From the sequence record MW845758.1: DNA of 64,000 nt; one strand, written 5' to 3'. Below, in pieces: positions 9,577 to 18,706 of this stretch. The notes beneath the pieces are model-generated. The model made no database searches and was not told the DNA's origin. It was given only the letters and a program-made list of their open reading frames with translations. Position 1 is the stretch's first letter. Each line of letters starts with the position of its first letter. Made by a program: the position numbers and the translations under genes.

Positions 9577-11013
9577 ATGGGGCCTTACAGCTACTCGTCT
9601 CTGGCACTGTTGTGTCGACAAGTAAACCGTGACAACCCCGACCTTCCCTACCCGCTCAGTCCAGATAACATTATCTTGCTGGGTGGGCCTTACACGACAT
9701 CCTTAGGTACGTCCGGGCGTAATACCCGGACGATACTCAACGGTAAAAGTGGGGCAGGTTTTGTAGGGCGTCGCGAATTCTTTTACGATCGTCTTGATAT
9801 CGGCAAGTTCTTTAATGGGATTACCGTGGTGTTTGATGCCCCGGGCAGTTCATTAGCCTACGCCGATTTATTACCCGCATTAAATGAACAATACGGGTTA
9901 GGGTTGCAAGCCACCGACATCTCCAATGGTGCAACCAAACTCACCAACGGTTATACCGCGACTGCTGTAACGCTCACGATAGCGACAACATCCCCTGCGT
10001 TTACCGGGTCGTTGTCGGTGCAGTGGACGAGACTTCCGGTGGGTCTGTTCCCGGATTCCGGTCCCGGTACCAAATCGATGTTGATTGGGGATATGCAGGC
10101 AGGGTACTTCGGCATCGTGTCGGGCAGCGAGATGGCAAGTTCACTCGATGTCTTTAATGAGATTCTCGGTGACGACTCCGCTTCTTCTCCGCTTATCAAC
10201 TCGAACCTGTTCTGGTTGAAGTTCGCTTATAAAGGCGAGTACCTGTTCTTCCCAAGCGTAAACATCGGTAACACCACGTGGAAAGCATTGTACGACCGTG
10301 GTGCGGTGTACGGTAACGACAGTACAGGTGTTTACCCGCCGGCTGGCTCAACGTTAACGCCACAAAATAAAATCATTGCGGTGGACACGTCAGAAGGGAC
10401 AGTGGGCTTTAATCCGCGAGTGCCGACGTATGCAGGTGAAGACTGGGTCACTGGCGTACGTTCCCACACGGGTGAACTGTATCTGTTACTGGGCCGTGTG
10501 TTCAGTGGTAGCTACACAGCAGGCGACTGGGATACCCTCACGGCGACTCAACCCACACTCGATACCACCACGGCGTTTATGTTCCTGACCGCGTCTGGAG
10601 TCGATGGAGGGAGTGTGTGGGGTACGTCGATGTCGGTAGGGTCTACGACCTACATCGCGAAGACCCGCAATTACGGCTGGCGGCCATTCTTACGGTTAGC
10701 AGATATCAGTAATGTCGTGTTCGCGGTTAAAGACGTCAAGGGCGTGGCTGTAAACCGCCTGAGAGCGCCTGTGTTGCGCATTGATAACACGATTGACCCG
10801 AATATGCCTGTAAGGGTGGAGAACGTCTTAGGAACGCTTCTGCGCACGATTAAGAAGCCGTACTTTACGGGCGTTACTGTGGAACCGGTGACTGCCCCTG
10901 ATGACGTACACCCAAGCCGTCCGATTAAACCGTTCGGTGTAACGGTAACCTCTGTCTTTAGAAACAAAACCGACTTAGCCACCACCAATGGCAACTTAGG
11001 CGAATTCAATTAA
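9577..11013 (+). CDS. Tail-appendage cassette 2, subunit A
   Basis: VNRDNPDL/RNTRT/FYDRL; SGPGTKSMLIGDMQAGYFG; YGWRPFLRL; ends KTDLATTNGNLGEFN. Confidence 0.8.
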   Translation: MGPYSYSSLALLCRQVNRDNPDLPYPLSPDNIILLGGPYTTSLGTSGRNTRTILNGKSGAGFVGRREFFYDRLDIGKFFNGITVVFDAPGSSLAYADLLPALNEQYGLGLQATDISNGATKLTNGYTATAVTLTIATTSPAFTGSLSVQWTRLPVGLFPDSGPGTKSMLIGDMQAGYFGIVSGSEMASSLDVFNEILGDDSASSPLINSNLFWLKFAYKGEYLFFPSVNIGNTTWKALYDRGAVYGNDSTGVYPPAGSTLTPQNKIIAVDTSEGTVGFNPRVPTYAGEDWVTGVRSHTGELYLLLGRVFSGSYTAGDWDTLTATQPTLDTTTAFMFLTASGVDGGSVWGTSMSVGSTTYIAKTRNYGWRPFLRLADISNVVFAVKDVKGVAVNRLRAPVLRIDNTIDPNMPVRVENVLGTLLRTIKKPYFTGVTVEPVTAPDDVHPSRPIKPFGVTVTSVFRNKTDLATTNGNLGEFN

Positions 11014-11023
11014 GGAATCCATT

Positions 11024-12058
11024 ATGGCCTTACGCCTCTCGTGGACTAACCGCAACGTGGTTGCCAATGCGATAAACATTTATCGTGGTAATAGCGCGTT
11101 AGACCCACTTAACCTTCCTGCTCCGACTGGTACCGTTACGAACGGTGATGCATTCTACGTTGACCAGACTGCGGAGTTTGGTAAAACGTACTATTACATT
11201 CTCGGAACAAAAACCAGTAACGATGAAATCCTGACACCCAACCAACCAATACTGGTGGCTGATAACCGGGGTGCGGGACCTGCTGCACTGAAGTACGGGG
11301 ATGATAACCTCGGGTACTTCGGAACGTTATTGTCGTCTGAGTTCTTCACCAGTTCACACATCCGAGCAGCAGCGAAAGACACCTCTGGATTACCGTCAGC
11401 GTTATATGCCCCGACGTGGCACAAGATGATTCGTAACGGCAAAGTCATCTATCTGCCGGATATCGCTTTTGGTTCAACGACGTGGATGTCACTGTATACC
11501 GCGGGTCTGGTATACGGCATCGATGCCAACTACCCAGCAGATGCGTTGACCACAGGTTTAACACCGACCAATCAATTGGTGAAACTCTCACTGAACGGTG
11601 AAGACTATAAAGTCCGGTTGTTGCGTGGCTACAGTGACGGTTCACATGCGAACATCCTCAGTGCCGATATCAATGACATCAGCATGGACGATTACGCCGC
11701 GTCACAGCCTAACGAGTGGAGTGACCTTGCGTATGGGTTATTCAACTTCGTACCGCTTAAGCAGCACACGGTGAACTTTGCGGATATCGTTCTTGACAAC
11801 ATCATCGGTCCGGCTACGAATACAAGCAGCTCTTCGTCGAATGGTCCAACGATGACTGCCTCACGTATCACGATGCAGGAACGTACCACCACGGCGTTGA
11901 ATGTCACCCGCGCTCGGCGTAATGCAGCGTTCAGTAGTGTGGCTGCAAACTCACGTCCGAACCTTGCCAATATCCACTCGCACTCAACCGGGAACACGTG
12001 TCTTTGGTATCCGGTGATTGAGTTGATTGAAACCCCCACTGCTAACGTAACAGTCTAA
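11024..12058 (+). CDS. Tail-appendage cassette 2, subunit B
   Basis: LRLSWTN..INIYR..GKTYYY; GAGPAALKYGDDNLGYFG; WYPVIELIE. Confidence 0.8.
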   Translation: MALRLSWTNRNVVANAINIYRGNSALDPLNLPAPTGTVTNGDAFYVDQTAEFGKTYYYILGTKTSNDEILTPNQPILVADNRGAGPAALKYGDDNLGYFGTLLSSEFFTSSHIRAAAKDTSGLPSALYAPTWHKMIRNGKVIYLPDIAFGSTTWMSLYTAGLVYGIDANYPADALTTGLTPTNQLVKLSLNGEDYKVRLLRGYSDGSHANILSADINDISMDDYAASQPNEWSDLAYGLFNFVPLKQHTVNFADIVLDNIIGPATNTSSSSSNGPTMTASRITMQERTTTALNVTRARRNAAFSSVAANSRPNLANIHSHSTGNTCLWYPVIELIETPTANVTV

Positions 12059-12068
12059 GGAGCGAGCC

Positions 12069-12956
12069 ATGGGCATTAAACTTCAGTGGGACTCGCAGGC
12101 TGATCAGAATCTCGACGGAATTGAGATTTACCGTAGCGCCAGTCCTATCTCCACTACCGCACCCGGTACCCCGCTGATTACCCTCGCTGGTACTGCCACC
12201 GCGTACGAAGACAATACGGTTGTGAATAAGTCTATCTACTACTACCGTATTGCAGGGAAGAAAGGAACAGAACGTGCGTGGGGCGAAAACATCAGCTCGG
12301 GTTACTTCTCAGAAACCGGACCGGGGCGTACCTATCCTATCCGTGGAGATTGGAACGGTGGGATGTTTGATTACTTAGACATCGCTGATTTCATCACGCC
12401 TGCGGATCTGCTTGCCAAAGTACCCGCGCTTGGTAACTACGGTACCCGTGGTAGTTTTACCACGTGGTACAAAATGGCGTATAAAGGAAAGGTGTTGTTC
12501 ATCCCGAACACGTACGTAGTGACAGCAACGCAGGCCGAGTTGTACAAAATGGGTGTATTATTCGGAACAGATGACTTCGGTACCATCCCAACCGGAACAC
12601 CGTCCCCGGGTGTCAACCAGCGTACGAAGGTTAACATCAACGGGCTAGATTATATCCTACGCTGTCCACGTCTGTCGAACGTTCCTCTGACGCAGTATTT
12701 AACGGCGCAGGACGATACGATTGCCAGTGAGTGGCGCAGCACCGGGTCGAGACTTTCCCGTGCTACATTGGAAAGCGACAATGGCATGTTGCCAAGGCTG
12801 TGGGATAATACCAACTCTATGGCCGTTATCGGACCTCACTTAAACACCACCTCACTGGTTGGTGCACACGCGGCAGGTGCACCGGGTACGTTAGTGGGAC
12901 TCAACACCGGTACGCGATATGCGGCGTTGTTATTACTTGAATTAGTCATGCCTTAA
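12069..12956 (+). CDS. Tail-appendage cassette 2, subunit C
   Basis: GIKLQWDSQ..IEIYR..YYYRI; TGPG..IRGDWNGGMF; ends LELVMP. Confidence 0.8.
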   Translation: MGIKLQWDSQADQNLDGIEIYRSASPISTTAPGTPLITLAGTATAYEDNTVVNKSIYYYRIAGKKGTERAWGENISSGYFSETGPGRTYPIRGDWNGGMFDYLDIADFITPADLLAKVPALGNYGTRGSFTTWYKMAYKGKVLFIPNTYVVTATQAELYKMGVLFGTDDFGTIPTGTPSPGVNQRTKVNINGLDYILRCPRLSNVPLTQYLTAQDDTIASEWRSTGSRLSRATLESDNGMLPRLWDNTNSMAVIGPHLNTTSLVGAHAAGAPGTLVGLNTGTRYAALLLLELVMP

Positions 12957-12968
12957 CGGAGTCTTGCT

Positions 12969-14390
12969 ATGGGGTTTTATAACGGAACCGCGCTGGAGTT
13001 ACTCTGCCAACAGATTGTCACTGATAACCCCGGCCTCGCGGGACGTATTACCCCAGAGACTATCGTTGTTAACGGGTCAGCAGTGGCACGCAACGCGAAT
13101 GGGCGTAATACACAAATCACCGTTGTGGGTATCCCGGGGAAAGGACTCCTCGGTGAATTGGTGCTGTCGTACGACCGTATCAATTTAACATCGTTTACGG
13201 GAAACCTTTATTTGCCGGTTGAAATATCCAAGGGTGTCAACACCTATGCGGAAGCTCTGGCAGATATCAACGCGCAGCTTGGCCTAAACCTCACTGCCTC
13301 CGACCTCGCCGCCCCGAACAATGTGTTCACTGGTGGTGTGATGTTTGCCAGCCTGATCATTTCCATCAGTAATGCTTCTGCCCTGTACACGGGCGGATTG
13401 CGTATCAGTTGGCGCAGGGCAGCGGTGGGTGTTTATCCTGACTCTGGTCCGGGAACAAAAGAGTTACGCGTTGGGGATACTGAGTTTGGTTATTTCGGAC
13501 CGGTATCCGGTACACTAATGCCATCTAGTCAACAGCTTGTTAATGCGATTCTTGACGGCAGTGGTATTACACCGCCGACGATTGCAACACCAACGAGTCC
13601 TGACTGGATGAAGTTCTATTACAAAGGTAAAGTTGTCTTCGTTCCCAAAACGAACATGGTCGGGACGACATGGGACAACTATTACAAAGCCGGTTCGGCG
13701 TACGCAGCAGATGACCCGAACGGTTCACGATATCCCGGCACCGATAAGGTTGTGGTTGCGCAGGATAAAATCTTCCCGTTCATTTCCGATGGCAAAGCCG
13801 CGTACTTCCATCATCGTTTGCCACGCGGTTCCACAACTATACAGTCGGGTGCCAGTTTAAACGGTGAAGATTATGCACTGATGGCCAAAATCCTAGGCGG
13901 GGAGTGGGGGACAGAACCGGGCACGGTGTATCTAGGTGGTGGGACGTATTACATGTCTCAACACATTTACAACATCAATCAGCCTGAGTTTTATGCGATT
14001 CACAGCATGTTGGGTGTTATCTTCGGTGCTGCTATCCAAAAGGCGCAGGGTTACAACTACGTCCCGTGGCTTGAATTGATTAATCCAAACGAAACGGTGT
14101 TGCCGGTAAACATCTCCGACTCGACGTTAACGTTTGCCACCACCGCAGTAACCGGAACCCGTATTGAAGAAAACGACAGAATCTTCCCTGTTGTGTTTGA
14201 GTACGTGGTTACGCTGCACCTGACCCCAACAGTTCCGGCCGGTCAAATCACGGATTCGCTGAGTCCTGCTGTCTTCACTACCATTTCTACCCAGAAACTC
14301 ACTCCGGTGGTTCCGATTGGGTCGGTCGTGAAGCCGCCAGTGAAAACCAATTTATCTACCACGAACGGTGACTTAACCGGGTTCAATTAA
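12969..14390 (+). CDS. Tail-appendage cassette 3, subunit A
   Basis: DNPGL/RNTQI/SYDRI; SGPGTKELRVGDTEFGYFG; YVPWLELI; ends KTNLSTTNGDLTGFN. Confidence 0.8.
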   Translation: MGFYNGTALELLCQQIVTDNPGLAGRITPETIVVNGSAVARNANGRNTQITVVGIPGKGLLGELVLSYDRINLTSFTGNLYLPVEISKGVNTYAEALADINAQLGLNLTASDLAAPNNVFTGGVMFASLIISISNASALYTGGLRISWRRAAVGVYPDSGPGTKELRVGDTEFGYFGPVSGTLMPSSQQLVNAILDGSGITPPTIATPTSPDWMKFYYKGKVVFVPKTNMVGTTWDNYYKAGSAYAADDPNGSRYPGTDKVVVAQDKIFPFISDGKAAYFHHRLPRGSTTIQSGASLNGEDYALMAKILGGEWGTEPGTVYLGGGTYYMSQHIYNINQPEFYAIHSMLGVIFGAAIQKAQGYNYVPWLELINPNETVLPVNISDSTLTFATTAVTGTRIEENDRIFPVVFEYVVTLHLTPTVPAGQITDSLSPAVFTTISTQKLTPVVPIGSVVKPPVKTNLSTTNGDLTGFN

Positions 14391-14405
14391 TAGGAGAGTA
14401 ACGCT

Positions 14406-15392
14406 ATGGCATTCACATTGCGCTGGCGTAACGATAACAAAATCCCGACTGTTGTACGTTTATATCGGGACACTAAAGCGATTGACCCGACAGCTTTGCC
14501 TGCGGTTTTGGCGACATTCACCAATGGTGAAACTGAGTACACAGACACCTCGGTAGTCTTTGGGGCAACGTATTACTACTTCACTACTGTAACGGCCAAT
14601 GGTCGAACAGTGAACGGGATTAACGCCACCTACACTATCGAACAGCGTCGTGGGGTGGGACCGAACTCTCTTCAATACGGTAACGACCAATTAGGATATT
14701 TTGGTTCATTGCTGTACGACGATCAATTCCCTCTCGGTCAATTCCAACAAAAAGTACAAGACCAATTCTTAGCGCGTGGTGCTGGGTATAACGCCGCTTA
14801 CCGATTAGCGATGGACAAGTTCATCCGCAACGGTAAAATCCTGTACATGTTGCCTCAAGCGTATGTCACATACGGCTTTACGTGGGCGAGTCTCTACGCT
14901 GCGGGAATGGTTTACGGGCAGGATGATGCAGGCCCGGCTGGCGGCCACGGAGCTTTAGCGGATGCGATTCAAGACGCTGGCTGTACGTGGAAAGGTGATA
15001 AGTATCGCTTGCGTATGCTTCGTGGTTTAAGCGACAGCAACGAACCTAAAGCTTTCCCATTTGCCGCTAAGTACAATGGTGTTTCTCACGACACCTCTGA
15101 CTTAGTTGGATTTAACGAATTCAACGATCTGTTTTACGCGAGTCAGTGGGCCTTCCCACTGAAACGTCGTGTGCCGGGTTGGCGCAACGTTGCACCGTTC
15201 ACAAGTTCCAGCGCCAGTTATGCGGACGGGTACATGTGCATGGAACACGACACTCAGGGAAATAACTCCCTGTATCGTGGAACCATCGCTGCAACAATTA
15301 CAACGGATCAGTTGACTTTAATTAATTACAAAGCTCATGACCGGGCAGTGGCGCAATACATTCCGGTGATTGAGTTAGTGGAGGATTATTGA
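14406..15392 (+). CDS. Tail-appendage cassette 3, subunit B
   Basis: FTLRWRN..VRLYR..GATYYY; GVGPNSLQYGNDQLGYFG; YIPVIELVE. Confidence 0.8.
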   Translation: MAFTLRWRNDNKIPTVVRLYRDTKAIDPTALPAVLATFTNGETEYTDTSVVFGATYYYFTTVTANGRTVNGINATYTIEQRRGVGPNSLQYGNDQLGYFGSLLYDDQFPLGQFQQKVQDQFLARGAGYNAAYRLAMDKFIRNGKILYMLPQAYVTYGFTWASLYAAGMVYGQDDAGPAGGHGALADAIQDAGCTWKGDKYRLRMLRGLSDSNEPKAFPFAAKYNGVSHDTSDLVGFNEFNDLFYASQWAFPLKRRVPGWRNVAPFTSSSASYADGYMCMEHDTQGNNSLYRGTIAATITTDQLTLINYKAHDRAVAQYIPVIELVEDY

Positions 15393-15393
15393 G

Positions 15394-16296
15394 ATGGGAA
15401 TTAAATTAACATGGCCGTCTCAAACCGCGAAAGGAATCACTGGGATTGAGATTTATCGTGCGGTGGGGGCCAGTAGTACAATCGACAGGGCAAACCTACC
15501 AGCACCACTAGTGACGCTGACCCCGGGTGCCACAACTTACGAAGACAACACCGTTGTAAACGCCACGGTTTACAACTACTGGATTGCCTCGGTTAAGAAT
15601 GGGGAACGTGTCTTTTGCTTTACGTTACAGCAAGGCTATTTCTTAGACACGGGACCGGGGCCGCAATCTTTGTTGATGGGTGATTGGGACACGGGGTACT
15701 TTGGTCGGGTGTCGAACACGGACTTGTTTGACTACTTGTCGCTTAATGCGGCGCTTGGCACGAACGTGACCACCGAGAGCCCGAACTACTGGAACAAATT
15801 CATCTTCCAGAACCGTATACTGTTTATTCCCGATAAACGTCTGGGAGCTTTGTCTTACCAACAGTTATACAGCTTCGGTGTCGCCTATGGAACAGACGAT
15901 AGCGGTAGCATTGTACCAACTGGGGCGGCAACCCGCAATCAGCGTAGAGTGGTCGCGAGGGACGGACGTAATTACGTGGTACGGTTACCTCGTGGGGCGA
16001 AGTACAGCAGTGCCGGTGGGGTTGACCAAACAACAGAATCAGTTCTGTTGCAGGGCGAGTGGCGTAACGTTATTGAACGGATGTTCCGTAATGGGTCAGG
16101 TACCTATCCACGGTTTGGTGAGATTGCGGTTGATACCACGAACGGCGTTACTGAAGCGCATTCGTGCATTTTTGGTGTTCTTTACTCGACCACCGTTGGT
16201 GTACGGGCAGTTGGATCATCCCCACACACGGTCGGAACTATCAACGTCACTACCGTGGGTTCCTACCAACTGGTTCTCGAGTTAGTTATTCCGTAA
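15394..16296 (+). CDS. Tail-appendage cassette 3, subunit C
   Basis: GIKLTWPSQ..IEIYR..YNYWI; TGPGPQSLLMGDWDTGYFG; ends LELVIP. Confidence 0.8.
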   Translation: MGIKLTWPSQTAKGITGIEIYRAVGASSTIDRANLPAPLVTLTPGATTYEDNTVVNATVYNYWIASVKNGERVFCFTLQQGYFLDTGPGPQSLLMGDWDTGYFGRVSNTDLFDYLSLNAALGTNVTTESPNYWNKFIFQNRILFIPDKRLGALSYQQLYSFGVAYGTDDSGSIVPTGAATRNQRRVVARDGRNYVVRLPRGAKYSSAGGVDQTTESVLLQGEWRNVIERMFRNGSGTYPRFGEIAVDTTNGVTEAHSCIFGVLYSTTVGVRAVGSSPHTVGTINVTTVGSYQLVLELVIP

Positions 16297-16312
16297 GCAA
16301 ATAAAAGAAAGA

Positions 16313-16336
16313 CTACACTCCCCGAAGGGAGTGTAG
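16313..16336. terminator. Bidirectional intrinsic terminator
   Basis: CTACACTCCC-CGAA-GGGAGTGTAG flanked by AAATAAAAGAAA and CTTTTACTTCTTTTTT, between convergent genes. Confidence 0.85.
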
Positions 16337-16339
16337 CTT

Positions 16340-16492
16340 TTACTTCTTTTTTCCACCGCCAAGCAGACCGCCGACTGCGCCGACGACACTGCCTATAGCC
16401 GTACCGATACCGCCTAAGCTGATACCGATATCAACGGTAACTGTTGACCCTGTGGTTGGGGTGGTTGTGCTACCCGTCCCCACAGAGACATT
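16340..16492 (-). other. Startless 50-codon reading frame (Thr-rich linker + Gly-zipper helix + KKK); frameshift extension or frameshifted small gene
   Basis: Manual translation NVSVGTGSTTTPTTGSTVTVDIGISLGGIGTAIGSVVGAVGGLLGGGKKK*, in the +1 frame relative to 16491..17000; not in the supplied ORF track. Confidence 0.5.
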
Positions 16493-17000
16493 AGTTGAAC
16501 CCGTCGAGGTCCCCGTTTGTGGTGGAGAGGTCAGCTTTGGCTTTGCTAATCGTCCACACCACAGCTTCGCCGGGCAGAAACTTGACGTGACCGGCTTTGA
16601 TCGCCACAGTCACATCCGTTTTGGTTGAGTCGTCTGCGTTGGCAGCCGAGGTGATGGTGATATCAGCTAACGCAAATTCATCTTCATCATGCGTCTGCTG
16701 GACAAGGGTGTTGAAGTGACCGAGGATCTCTGCATCGCTATCCCAGTTAGTCATCTCGTCATCTACTGGGGTATCACCCGCAGCAAACACCAGACGGTTA
16801 AAGGTCAGCTCTTTCGCACCGGAAAAGTTGGTAGAACCAGCTTTCGCAGTGATGGTCAGTTTAGAGTTCTTGGCATCGCCTTCCTGTGCTGCTGCCACTG
16901 CGCCAAAATCGACGTCAGCTTCGGACAGTGGGGTAGCGAGGCCAGAGTTGGCAGCGTTGAATAACTCAACGAGCTGCACTTGTGGGGTTTTAATTGCCAT
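16491..17000 (-). CDS. Minimal virion paralog (N-domain + DLSTTNGDLDGFN tail only)
   Basis: Likely start MAIKTPQ (RBS GGGAAGAAAG); KNSKLTITAK..FSG..TFNRL matches the shared N-domain; ends KADLSTTNGDLDGFN. Confidence 0.8.
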   Translation of the reverse strand: MAIKTPQVQLVELFNAANSGLATPLSEADVDFGAVAAAQEGDAKNSKLTITAKAGSTNFSGAKELTFNRLVFAAGDTPVDDEMTNWDSDAEILGHFNTLVQQTHDEDEFALADITITSAANADDSTKTDVTVAIKAGHVKFLPGEAVVWTISKAKADLSTTNGDLDGFN

Positions 17001-17138
17001 GTCTTTCTTCCCTTTTCGGTTGACAACGGTTGTCATAAAAAAGCGTCAGTAGCCGGAAATAACAGAAGGCCTACTATAGTATGACCCGCAATTGACGGGC
17101 AAAAATAATCAGTTTGATTACACACAGAGGATGGATTT

Positions 17139-17714
17139 ATGTTACGTTTTATCTGCGCGTTTCTCGTTACGCTGACATTAGGTGGCTGTGCGCTGACCAA
17201 TGTTAACGGTGCTTTCACTGCTGTCCCGGTACCTGCCGGTGACATCCAAACGTACACCTGTACCGGTGCGCAAGAAACCTTCGTAAACTGGCAACCTCAG
17301 TTGGCATCGACCAAACTTTATCCGGTCGCCGTTACCGTAATCGACAACGGCAGTAACTGGGTCGCCACGTTTGACGGTGGCAAGATTGAATCCCCACAAC
17401 TGTACAAAGACTTGCTCGGTAAAATCGACGGCAGTGTTGACCTTCTGCAAGGCACACGTTATTACCGTTTGAAAACTACCCCGCCAACCTATTCGTACTC
17501 GACAGTGGACGCGAGTGGTAACGGCACTGGGGCAACCTTCTTCCGCTGTCAGGTAGGTACCGGTGATGCTGCTACTGCTGCTGCAACCCCTGCTTCTGCT
17601 ATTACTCCATCTGATGCTGCGACGGCTCCCGCGACAACCCCAACGCCTGTCGTGAACCCAGCTTTGTCTGCTGATGATGCCGCTTTACTGCAATCGGCTG
17701 CACCAAGCAAATAA
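17139..17714 (+). CDS. Lipoprotein, unknown function
   Basis: Signal peptide with lipobox LGG-C (Cys17); YTC...FRC Cys pair; Ala/Thr/Pro-rich C-tail. Confidence 0.75.
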   Translation: MLRFICAFLVTLTLGGCALTNVNGAFTAVPVPAGDIQTYTCTGAQETFVNWQPQLASTKLYPVAVTVIDNGSNWVATFDGGKIESPQLYKDLLGKIDGSVDLLQGTRYYRLKTTPPTYSYSTVDASGNGTGATFFRCQVGTGDAATAAATPASAITPSDAATAPATTPTPVVNPALSADDAALLQSAAPSK

Positions 17715-17723
17715 AAAAGCAGT

Positions 17724-17760
17724 ACCCCACTCTTCGGAGTGGGGTCTCTTTATTTTTATT
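17724..17760. terminator. Intrinsic terminator
   Basis: ACCCCACTC-TTCG-GAGTGGGGT then CTCTTTATTTTTATT; A-tract on the left. Confidence 0.85.
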
Positions 17761-17896
17761 CGAACGTGAAACACGACAGATAGAAAATTGTTCAGTGATT
17801 ATATTACCGTCGATCATGACTATCCCCCAAATCCATTAAGAGTCCCCTCAGAACGCTCTGTAAGCCATTCTGAGGGGATTTAATCACTACAACACC

Positions 17897-18583
17897 TTAT
17901 GCCACCGATTCAAGGTTAATACGGTCTGTGACCTCTTGAGGGTCGGTCAAGAATGCACGTTTGATGTTGCGGTATTTCACATTAGAAACCGCTCCTGATT
18001 CTAATGCATGACGCTCGTCGATAGGCACAGCCGGTTCTAACGCTTGGCGGAAGAACAGGTAGTTGCGCACGTATTCAACGGTTGTTTCGTTGAACTCGGT
18101 GTAATGGCAGTCGGAGTTGTCGTCGATGTAAGACGACTGGCCGAAGACGTGTACCGCATCGTAGAACGACCGGGCTACCACTTCATTCACTCCCGAGGCT
18201 TCCATCGCACGCAAGAACATCAAGTCAGCGAAATGTTTGTCATGCGAAAGACTCAAACGACCCGATGCCGTATCCGGGTACGGTTGGTCAGAGGGCTTCT
18301 TCTGATACAACAGGTCATGCAGACAAGCTGCCATGGCCCACGGCCCGTTAGGCTTCATCACTGACTGGAGCATATCCGGAATGGAAGCAAGGTCAGTCAC
18401 GAAACCACGGGGCACGGTAATGTAGAACAGTTCATCAGGAAGGACACCGGCGAGAGACACCATCTTGTCCAGCTCTGGCGTGTTGCGATACAGTGTGCGT
18501 AGCGTAAATGGATAGTGGAAATCTTGCGTTAAGATAAACCACTTATCCTCCAAGACTTTATAAGTCAAATCCATCGGGCTCAT
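17897..18583 (-). CDS. DUF1353-family protein
   Basis: VPRGFVTDLASIP, AACLHDLLY and ADLMFLRAM motifs. Confidence 0.8.
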   Translation of the reverse strand: MSPMDLTYKVLEDKWFILTQDFHYPFTLRTLYRNTPELDKMVSLAGVLPDELFYITVPRGFVTDLASIPDMLQSVMKPNGPWAMAACLHDLLYQKKPSDQPYPDTASGRLSLSHDKHFADLMFLRAMEASGVNEVVARSFYDAVHVFGQSSYIDDNSDCHYTEFNETTVEYVRNYLFFRQALEPAVPIDERHALESGAVSNVKYRNIKRAFLTDPQEVTDRINLESVA

Positions 18584-18586
18584 TTC

Positions 18587-18697
18587 TTAATTCACCTTAC
18601 CGAATAAACGGCTGATAAACAACACCAAAGCCACTGCGCCCAACCCTCTTTGAATTACCGCAGGTGTTTCTTTTACAATCGCTTCGGTCTTTTCCAT
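18587..18697 (-). CDS. 36-aa single-TM peptide downstream of the lysozyme
   Basis: Manual: AAGGAG RBS, MEKTEAIVKETPAVIQRGLGAVALVLFISRLFGKVN*; fills the gap between two genes exactly. Confidence 0.65.
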   Translation of the reverse strand: MEKTEAIVKETPAVIQRGLGAVALVLFISRLFGKVN

Positions 18698-18706
18698 CGG
18701 TACTCC

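Noticed and set aside
6184-16296. Diversity-generating retroelement acting on the lectin-like domains
   Set aside because: No reverse transcriptase, and no near-identical TR/VR pair differing at adenines, was seen in this window; the copies are too divergent.
12969-16296. Impression that cassette 3 uses more A/T-ending codons (recent acquisition)
   Set aside because: Cannot be quantified by eye; needs a GC3/codon-adaptation calculation per gene.
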